From: Promethearchaeota archaeon
Lineage (GTDB): Archaea > Asgardarchaeota > Hermodarchaeia > Hermodarchaeales > Hermodarchaeaceae
Assembly (NCBI GenBank): GCA_048938295.1
Contig: JBHLMI010000019.1
Span: forward strand, 1 to 32,000
DNA length: 32,000 bases
Direction: 5' to 3'
Shown here in pieces: positions 19,250 through 25,877 of this stretch. The first letter of the stretch is position 1. The number at the start of each line of letters is the position of its first letter. The notes below the pieces were generated by a model. It ran no database searches. It was not told the DNA's origin and saw only the letters and a program-made list of their open reading frames with translations. The translations under genes and the position numbers were made by a program.

Positions 19250-20638
19250 TCATCCGTTATCGGAGAGGAGGTTATCTGATCCTATCCAAAGGATGATTGT
19301 GATGTCGCGGACATTTGTATGAGTTGGACCTGTGATAATCAAATCCTCGAGGGCGTGGAAGAGGGTGTAGGTGGAATTGATCTCCAGGAGTTGGACAGGA
19401 GAGAGTTTGAGGGTTTTAGCGCGTGGATGTGAATACCCATCGGCGATTGCACCTGCTGCCTTGGTTGGTCCATCGATACCGTCAGTGGCGAGGCTTGCGA
19501 TGACCAGACCGTCTTTCCCTTCTAGGTGTGGGATTGCAGCAGCGATGAGCTCGGTATTACGGCCTCCTTTCCCTTTGTGACGGACTGTGACGGTGGTTTC
19601 TGACCCGATTATCAATACATGTGGTTCGGTCTGGTTAGTTAATTTCTTGGCAAGGGCTCCGAGTTGGTCACCCACCTCACGAGCTTCGCCCTCGCAGTTA
19701 GTAGTAAGGATTCGACTCGTATAGTTTTCGTGTTGGGCTTGTTCAAGGACTGCTTGGCAGGAATGTTGGTTGCTACCGATGAGCAGGTGAACTGCATAGT
19801 CAAAGATTGGATCCTGGGGTTTGGGGGTTTCTTTGAGTTTCCCTTCGCGACCATTAATGAGATGCTCTCGTACTCGTACTGGCACTTCTTCCCAAAGGGC
19901 ATGGGTTTCCAAGATTTGCACTGCATCGGCGAACGTGGTGGGATCGGGAAGAGTGGGACCGCTGGCAATCATGTTGAGTTGGTCATCTGGTACATCGGAG
20001 ATGAGTAGCCCCCAATGTCGGCGGGGATGAATGTTGGTGGCGAGACGGCCGCCTTTGACTAGGGAGAGATGTTTGCGTACCGTGTTGAGCTGGTGTATTG
20101 GAACGCCTGCCTGTAGGAGTAATCGTGTTGTGTGTTGGAGGTCTTCAAGGGTAAGTGGCGGACTGGGAGCGGTGAGTAGCGCTGATCCGCCACCCGAAAA
20201 GAGACTGATGATTAAGGCATCCTGGGGGGATTGGTCGATCAGCTCAAGCAGTTGCTGAGTAGAGGCGACGCTGGATTCGGTGGGTTCAGGGTGACCGCCA
20301 GCTTGCAGACTTATCTGGTTTAGCGTATAGGCAGTGATGGTGTTTTCGGGAACGATGATGAGCCCACCAACCAGACGATCCTTGAGAAGACGTTCGATAG
20401 CCTCGGCCATTCGACCTGTGGCTTTTCCTGCGCCGATGACATAGATTCCGTCGAAGTCATTGAACCCGATTTCATTATCGGCCAACTGTATCGTGCTGCG
20501 GGTGACTTTGATTGTCTTTTCAACGAGGAGGTGAGGGTTTGCAGCATTGAGAGCAACGTTGAGTAGGGCAAGAGCCCGTTGTCGTGCATACTGGGTCAGA
20601 GGAGGGCCTTTAGTGAGTTCTAGGATATTACGAATCAT
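19250..20638 (-). CDS. Glycerate 2-kinase (MOFRL/GckA family)
   Basis: IGAGKA..MA, GGHPEP, LFSGGGSAL, RKHLSLVKGGRLA, LISDVP.D...IASGPT, GEAREVG, ETTV....GKGGRN, TDGIDG and TGPTHTNVRD. Confidence 0.92.
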   Translation of the reverse strand: MIRNILELTKGPPLTQYARQRALALLNVALNAANPHLLVEKTIKVTRSTIQLADNEIGFNDFDGIYVIGAGKATGRMAEAIERLLKDRLVGGLIIVPENTITAYTLNQISLQAGGHPEPTESSVASTQQLLELIDQSPQDALIISLFSGGGSALLTAPSPPLTLEDLQHTTRLLLQAGVPIHQLNTVRKHLSLVKGGRLATNIHPRRHWGLLISDVPDDQLNMIASGPTLPDPTTFADAVQILETHALWEEVPVRVREHLINGREGKLKETPKPQDPIFDYAVHLLIGSNQHSCQAVLEQAQHENYTSRILTTNCEGEAREVGDQLGALAKKLTNQTEPHVLIIGSETTVTVRHKGKGGRNTELIAAAIPHLEGKDGLVIASLATDGIDGPTKAAGAIADGYSHPRAKTLKLSPVQLLEINSTYTLFHALEDLIITGPTHTNVRDITIILWIGSDNLLSDNG

Positions 20639-20823
20639 CCAATTCAGGTTCCTTTCGCTAAGGTTTCCTAAGCACTTCGCCGTCCAAGTGGTTAAGCACT
20701 ATGAAGCTTTTTAACTATGGTCAGAGAGTGTTGTTTACTTTTACGTTTAGGGGATATGACAGTGAAAAAAGTGGAATGGTTTTTCATCAAAGATGAGCGT
20801 AGTCGGTCTTGTGATTAGGGGGG

Positions 20824-21216
20824 CTAGGTCGTATTATCGAATTCGGAGCGATCATCGTCCATTACAGAGAACATTGATTGCATGATCTTCGCCATGAGTT
20901 CTTGGAGTAGCTCCCCATTAACAATGCCATCTATGAAGCTGTACATTTTTTGATAATCCTCATCTGTTTCGAAGTGAAGGATAACGCCTTTGCCTTCAGG
21001 TAACGGCTCTGCGGTGTATTCGATGTCCTGGTCCATGAAGTTCTTGGCCATACGTTTTAGTCCCTCTTCATCTTCGAGCATATCGCCAAACGGCATTTCT
21101 TCGTAAATAGATCCTTTAAACTCCAAGGTAATAGTCCGGGTAGTCGGGTCAGCTTTAAATGCCAAGTATTGTTGAATCGCAGCACGGATTTTATCAAAGG
21201 GGATTTCAAAGCCCAT
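20824..21216 (-). CDS. Hypothetical acidic protein (130 aa)
   Basis: Clean ORF with GAGGG upstream; no recognisable motif. Confidence 0.65.
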   Translation of the reverse strand: MGFEIPFDKIRAAIQQYLAFKADPTTRTITLEFKGSIYEEMPFGDMLEDEEGLKRMAKNFMDQDIEYTAEPLPEGKGVILHFETDEDYQKMYSFIDGIVNGELLQELMAKIMQSMFSVMDDDRSEFDNTT

Positions 21217-21289
21217 AATTGAACCCTCAGTGAGTCAGGAGTCAATCCAATGCTATATCTGCCTAAAAAGGCTCGTGTTTCGGTTTTAA

Positions 21290-22504
21290 TTAGAAGTATA
21301 CGACATTATACAGGGGGAGAGGTGGGAACCACCGTTGAAGTGCATGTCTAGCCCATTCTTCTGTGATTGATAGTTCAGCTTGAAACTCTAATTCCTCTAT
21401 TGGATGTGTTCCGTAGACTAAGGCTGAGAGCGCTTGAATGGTAGCTGTTACTACAGGATGCCCTGAGCTTTTAGTTAGTCGTAGGCGTCCCTTTTCTGAT
21501 TGAAGTGAGAAGATTCCATTGTTCCAGGGACAGTTGGCATCTGTGAGTTCGATGGTGACGGTGTCATCTCCAGCACCTGGAAGGTTTTGGACTGCGTTCT
21601 TCGCGTCGATGATGCGAACCATCCAAGGAGTTCTAGCCTGATTAACTTTCAACTGTGCATCTTTGAACCAATGTTCAACCTTGGTATCGAAGGGAGCATG
21701 TATGCGGATATTTTGAATTTGGTCCTGGTGTTGTTTGAAAAAGAAAAAGAGCTTGTCACGAGCTTCTCGAGTTCGCCATAAGAGATCGAGGACATGCATA
21801 GTGGAGTGGGTTTCACCTTCGATTTGTACTCCTTTAATCCGATACCGGCTTAAAGCTTGGATTTGGCCCTTATATTTGACAAAGACAATGAGACTTTCCT
21901 TTGTAAACTGTCTCCACAGAGCATCAGGGAAGGTTTTGAAAATGAGGTAACCGTGATAGTGTGTAGGACCTATTTCGCAGACAAATTTTAGATATTCTTC
22001 TTTGGCATTTCGTGCGCGAACCCTCTCAAAGGTCCAGTCCAGATTCGGTTGTGTTGCGTCGAATATGTTAAGCTGTTTGAGCGGGGCTTGTACAATATAT
22101 GCGGTATTTGCTGCAACGTACCCGAATTGTTCATAGTAGCTTTGTTTAAAGGGATCGAGCATACTGACCGGTTGCCCCTTCTCGTGCATCATCTTGAACC
22201 CTTCCTGCATTAATTCCCGCACATATCCCTTCCGCCGCGCTTCCGGGTATGTTGCAATACCAGCTACCCCTCCACAATCCTTGAGTACACCACGGATTGA
22301 TTGTTGGAATTCGTGGACGCTTAAAGAGGAGACCAAGCGCCCTTTTTCAAACAGCCCCAGAGTTTCTTGTTCAATAATGAGATCTAGTTCTTCGCTCTTC
22401 TCATCCTGATCTGTCCATTCCGTGTATGCATATCGGTAGAGCGCCATGATGGCAGGGCGTTCATTCTTGGTAATTTTCCGAATTTCCTTCATCAGAAGAT
22501 CCAT
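21290..22504 (-). CDS. Eis-like GNAT acetyltransferase, paralog 2
   Basis: VAGIATYPEARRKGY, PFKQSYYEQFGY, WMVRIID, DANCPWNNGIF and terminal VYF; clearly homologous to 12031..13236. Confidence 0.87.
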   Translation of the reverse strand: MDLLMKEIRKITKNERPAIMALYRYAYTEWTDQDEKSEELDLIIEQETLGLFEKGRLVSSLSVHEFQQSIRGVLKDCGGVAGIATYPEARRKGYVRELMQEGFKMMHEKGQPVSMLDPFKQSYYEQFGYVAANTAYIVQAPLKQLNIFDATQPNLDWTFERVRARNAKEEYLKFVCEIGPTHYHGYLIFKTFPDALWRQFTKESLIVFVKYKGQIQALSRYRIKGVQIEGETHSTMHVLDLLWRTREARDKLFFFFKQHQDQIQNIRIHAPFDTKVEHWFKDAQLKVNQARTPWMVRIIDAKNAVQNLPGAGDDTVTIELTDANCPWNNGIFSLQSEKGRLRLTKSSGHPVVTATIQALSALVYGTHPIEELEFQAELSITEEWARHALQRWFPPLPLYNVVYF

Positions 22505-22578
22505 CCTAGGCTACTCAGGTACAATGATAAAACCTGTTAAATCCTTTTTTGCTCCAATATACCAAGCAGTGAGCAACG

Positions 22579-23559
22579 ATGAAGAAGAAACCAACACTCG
22601 TACTTTACCATCCTTTAATGGCTGTTGAGGGGTATCCGGTACTAGCTGGTCGGGTGCAACCAGCGTTTGAATATTTACGCGACACGGGAACATTGGAGTC
22701 TCCTCAGGTTATTGTAGAAGAAGCGCCTAGAGTAGGTGAGGATTTGCTCCTGCAGGTGCACACCCCTGGTCACATTCAGCATGTTAAAGGATCAGGGTAT
22801 GATTCTGCTTCGCTCGTGTCAGGTGGATCCGCGGTGAGAGCAGGTGAAGCGGTTTGGGTTGGTGAAGCAGCGAATGCGTTTGCTTTTACTGGCTGTGCTG
22901 GACACCACGCTAGTCGTGATTCATCCTGGGGTTTTTGCTATTACAACAACTCTGCCCTACTTGTCCGACATTTGCAAAAAGTACATGGAGCCAATCGATT
23001 TTTCATCGTTGATACAGACCCCCATCCAGGGGATGGAACCCGTGACATCCTCGGGAATGATGAGGAAGTATACCATTTAAACTTCGAGGCGAGTTTCCGG
23101 GAAAGCCTGGATACGGTGACGCAGCGGCATGTGGATGTCCCTTTCCCCAGTTCGAGTAGTGATGACTCCTTTGTAGAAGCTGTGCGTCTCCTAGCGCTGC
23201 CCTTGGCACGACGAATCCGTCCTGAGATTATTTTTTGGAACATGGGCCATGATGCTCATGCGCTAGACTATGGTGGGTTTAATCTCTCGTTAAGGGCATT
23301 TCCCGCTATGACCGAGATACTGCTCCAAGCTGCAGATGAAGTCTGTGAAGGTCGGTTGGTGGTGCTACTCTCAGGTGGCTCTGAGGTATCTGTGGCAAAG
23401 CATGCAATATCTGGTATTGTAAGAAAACTAGCGGGTCTACCTCAATTGCCTGAAGATGTGCAAGATGAGCCTACGACGGAGTCAGCAGCAACGAAGCGGA
23501 TGGCAGAAGAGATAATCATGAAAGTACGTTCCAAACTAGGTCTGGATGAACCCAGCTAG
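22579..23559 (+). CDS. Histone deacetylase (Zn-dependent amidohydrolase) family protein
   Basis: LLQVHTPGHI, GHHA, GFCYYNN, DTDPHPGDGT and GHDAHALD. The terminal motif is SGGS instead of EGGY. Confidence 0.88.
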   Translation: MKKKPTLVLYHPLMAVEGYPVLAGRVQPAFEYLRDTGTLESPQVIVEEAPRVGEDLLLQVHTPGHIQHVKGSGYDSASLVSGGSAVRAGEAVWVGEAANAFAFTGCAGHHASRDSSWGFCYYNNSALLVRHLQKVHGANRFFIVDTDPHPGDGTRDILGNDEEVYHLNFEASFRESLDTVTQRHVDVPFPSSSSDDSFVEAVRLLALPLARRIRPEIIFWNMGHDAHALDYGGFNLSLRAFPAMTEILLQAADEVCEGRLVVLLSGGSEVSVAKHAISGIVRKLAGLPQLPEDVQDEPTTESAATKRMAEEIIMKVRSKLGLDEPS

Positions 23560-23933
23560 AAGGAATCCCAGGACAAAAAGGTGAGATAGATGAGGTATTG
23601 GAGGTCTTTAAGTTTAGATATGAATCGTCCTTTGCGCTGCTTTTGCTGGGGATTTGGCGGAGGAGCCTTTTCAGGTTGAGACCGAGTTGATTCCTCTTTC
23701 TTAGAGAAAGTTGGTTCAATTGGTGGTGTGGTGCCAGCCTGTGATTGGGATACTGGTCGAGTCATGAGAGTTTCATTTCGGAAAATTACACTCAACGGAT
23801 TTGCAGTATCGATTTGTCCATCAGCGAACTGAATATCGTTATAGAATTGTTTCCAACGTCGAACGGCGTGTTTAACCCAACTGGGAGCCTTTTTGTGAAC
23901 CAACCCATCAACTCCAAAAGTGATGCAAGCCAA
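23556..23933 (-). CDS. Hypothetical protein (last gene of the SMC operon, or the 3' part of a split gene)
   Basis: TTG start without a clear SD; same frame as the upstream Zn-finger ORF; Pro/Gln-rich linker; its stop overlaps the HDAC stop (CTAG). Confidence 0.45.
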   Translation of the reverse strand: MACITFGVDGLVHKKAPSWVKHAVRRWKQFYNDIQFADGQIDTANPLSVIFRNETLMTRPVSQSQAGTTPPIEPTFSKKEESTRSQPEKAPPPNPQQKQRKGRFISKLKDLQYLIYLTFLSWDSF

Positions 23934-23990
23934 TTTGGATAAGAAGGCATCAGCTGTTGATGGGTAAATAGTTTATGTCCTTGGACAATT

Positions 23991-24452
23991 TCAGCTAGTA
24001 CTGCCAACTTTTTCCCAAGTTTTCCATTTACCTTGGGATCGCTGCACTAACACGAGGCCAAAGCGTTGCCAGATTTCTTCTCGGGTGAGAGGTTCTTCGG
24101 AGTCCGATTCCATTTGACTTGGGTGGCGTGGTTTCTCTAAAACAGAAGGTCTAGTATAGAAGAGGGAGTCGATGAGGGCACCCACACGACCTTTCTGATA
24201 TTGATCTTTGACGAAGATGAGGAGCTGTTCTGTGGGAATATCGGCCACTTGCAAGGAATGGCGGGCCACTCCTTGGCTAAACGAGGGGCAGACGCCACCC
24301 ATGGTGTTTTGGACAATTCCAAGACATTGGGGATCAATGAAAAATTGACAACGTAGACATTGGTGCCATCCCTTCTGGATCGCCTCTTCAAGTGTGATTC
24401 GGGTTCCGCAGGCGACACAACTGATGCCAACGGTGGAGAGATCAAGTTTCAT
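23991..24452 (-). CDS. RING-like (Nse1-type spacing) Zn-finger protein
   Basis: From ATG 24452 (GGAGGA 8 nt upstream; 11-nt overlap with the KITE gene): C12-x2-C15-x16-C32-x2-C35-x4-D40-x2-C43-x11-C55P-x8-H65. Confidence 0.65.
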   Translation of the reverse strand: MKLDLSTVGISCVACGTRITLEEAIQKGWHQCLRCQFFIDPQCLGIVQNTMGGVCPSFSQGVARHSLQVADIPTEQLLIFVKDQYQKGRVGALIDSLFYTRPSVLEKPRHPSQMESDSEEPLTREEIWQRFGLVLVQRSQGKWKTWEKVGSTS

Positions 24453-25026
24453 TCGCGTCTTCCTCCGAATCAGCTGTGGCTCCTGCGAGATACAGGGTTG
24501 CCGCAGTAGCGATGGCTTCACGACGTTCAGCATCAAATTCTAATTCAAGCCGTGGACCATAAGCAAGGCGTCGTGCAGTTCGCGTAATATAGCCCAGTTC
24601 GATTAATCGTCGTAATATGCGATCGAGTTGGTAGCGGGAGAGGCGCCCGCGGGCTACAAGGATCGTTTCGATGTCTTTTGTGGCTACCTGGCGTGGACGA
24701 CGGAGTTTACTCACCCGTTCCACAGTGGAAATGATGACTCCCAATACCGCGTATTCAGGATCGGTGAGTTCGCCAGGTACCCCGTAAATGGTTCGAACAC
24801 AGTAAAGCGTGTCCCGTCCCATTCGATATTCAACCAATTCTAGTCCCAGAGGAGATATCTGTTGGCGGAGTAAATCGAGAAGACGGACTAAGCCAGTCTT
24901 GTTGACATGAAGGGCTTCTAAAAGATCTTGCCGTTTGACCCCGATGCTGAGTTGACCTTCCTCATTTCGAAACCTTGCTGTGAGGGCCGCAAAGAGCTGA
25001 CCAAGGAGATGACGTTGTTCTATCAC
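24442..25026 (-). CDS. KITE-family tandem winged-helix protein (Nse1/Nse3/MAGE/ScpB-like)
   Basis: Two WH-like halves: 'LLRQQISPLGLELVE', 'LTDPEYAVLGVII' and 'LRRLIELGYI...YGPRLELEF'. GPRxxLE is typical of Nse3/MAGE and Nse1 WH-B. Located in the SMC operon; GTG start. Confidence 0.7.
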   Translation of the reverse strand: MIEQRHLLGQLFAALTARFRNEEGQLSIGVKRQDLLEALHVNKTGLVRLLDLLRQQISPLGLELVEYRMGRDTLYCVRTIYGVPGELTDPEYAVLGVIISTVERVSKLRRPRQVATKDIETILVARGRLSRYQLDRILRRLIELGYITRTARRLAYGPRLELEFDAERREAIATAATLYLAGATADSEEDANET

Positions 25027-25085
25027 CTCTTCCTCTGTATCCTTGCTAGTGGAAGAGATAGTGTCAGAAGGTATCGGATCTGAGG

Positions 25086-25877
25086 TTATTGCCGAGGAAC
25101 CTCCTCATGGTTTTGTGCGGTAATGGCAACAGCAGCGAAGGCAGGATTCGATTTAGGCGGAGGGCCTCGAAAAATGATTGCTGTTTTTTCGAAAATTGCA
25201 GGGCAGATGTTATCACGAATCATTTGACTGAGTAGATCGAGTTCCCAATTGGTCAGGATTTCTGATAAGGCTGCATAGTTGAAACGTTTGCCCTGTAGCC
25301 GTTTTAAGATAGCCGTCCTTCTAGCGTCAAGGGCGTCAATGGAGATTTGTTCAAATGAGATACGATGTTTGCGCATAGCCTGTTTATCATCCTGGGTAGG
25401 AGCGTGGTCCAATGCGACGGGTGAATCAACAGAGGGCAATTCGAATGGTGGGATTGTCCGCTCTTGATTAATTAGAAAGAGTAAGGGAGTCGCGCGCCGT
25501 TTAATCTCATTGGCAAACTGAGAAATCCATTCTTCGGGAGCAATTTCAGGAGCAGCTAATTGAGAATCTCGGTGATGCTGCATTGAAGCGAGAGTATAGT
25601 AGAAACGTCCGTCAAGAGTTCGTTCCCAGGGCGTTTCGAGGATGCGATATGCATCAGCAACTTCTTCACGGTCAACCTCCGCTTCCTTAATCGGAAACGT
25701 GTTGTGCTGTTTTAGGGCAACCTCATACTTTTTGGTCAAGTTCCATAGTGTAATTACAATCCCTTTGGTTCCAAAGGATGTGAGGCGTGTTCGCTTGTAG
25801 TTGTATTGGAAGGTGTCGTACCAGGCTTTGCGGCGCGGAAAGGCACGGAGAAATGTAGAGGTATCATTGGTAATCAT
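25086..25877 (-). CDS. Hypothetical protein, putative kleisin-like SMC partner
   Basis: Translationally coupled to SMC (TAATG overlap) and lies between SMC and KITE. It has a helical N-part, a Pro-rich linker and a possible C-terminal WH ('ILKRLQGKRFNYAAL...LLSQMIRDNIC'). The kleisin call is mainly positional. Confidence 0.5.
   Translation of the reverse strand: MITNDTSTFLRAFPRRKAWYDTFQYNYKRTRLTSFGTKGIVITLWNLTKKYEVALKQHNTFPIKEAEVDREEVADAYRILETPWERTLDGRFYYTLASMQHHRDSQLAAPEIAPEEWISQFANEIKRRATPLLFLINQERTIPPFELPSVDSPVALDHAPTQDDKQAMRKHRISFEQISIDALDARRTAILKRLQGKRFNYAALSEILTNWELDLLSQMIRDNICPAIFEKTAIIFRGPPPKSNPAFAAVAITAQNHEEVPRQ

Noticed and set aside
1234-22693. Numerous 60-190 aa ORFs overlapping the major genes (e.g. 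1485..1916, 2499..2954, 4315..4713, 7204..7434, 15707..16270, 19664..20008)
   Set aside because: They are antisense or alternate-frame shadows of well-supported genes, with no motifs of their own.
23792-24007. 71-aa ORF as an independent gene
   Set aside because: It overlaps both neighbouring ORFs in another frame; only its 5' part is used in the split-gene hypothesis.
24453-24536. Upstream extension of the Zn-finger ORF to 24536, as in the track
   Set aside because: It overlaps the KITE gene by 95 nt; ATG 24452 has a GGAGGA SD and fits a coupled start.
21290-25877. Analogy of the GNAT + HDAC next to SMC with Eco1/Hos1 acetylation of cohesin
   Set aside because: The GNAT is Eis-like, not Eco1-like; the genes are not in the SMC operon; adjacency is the only support.
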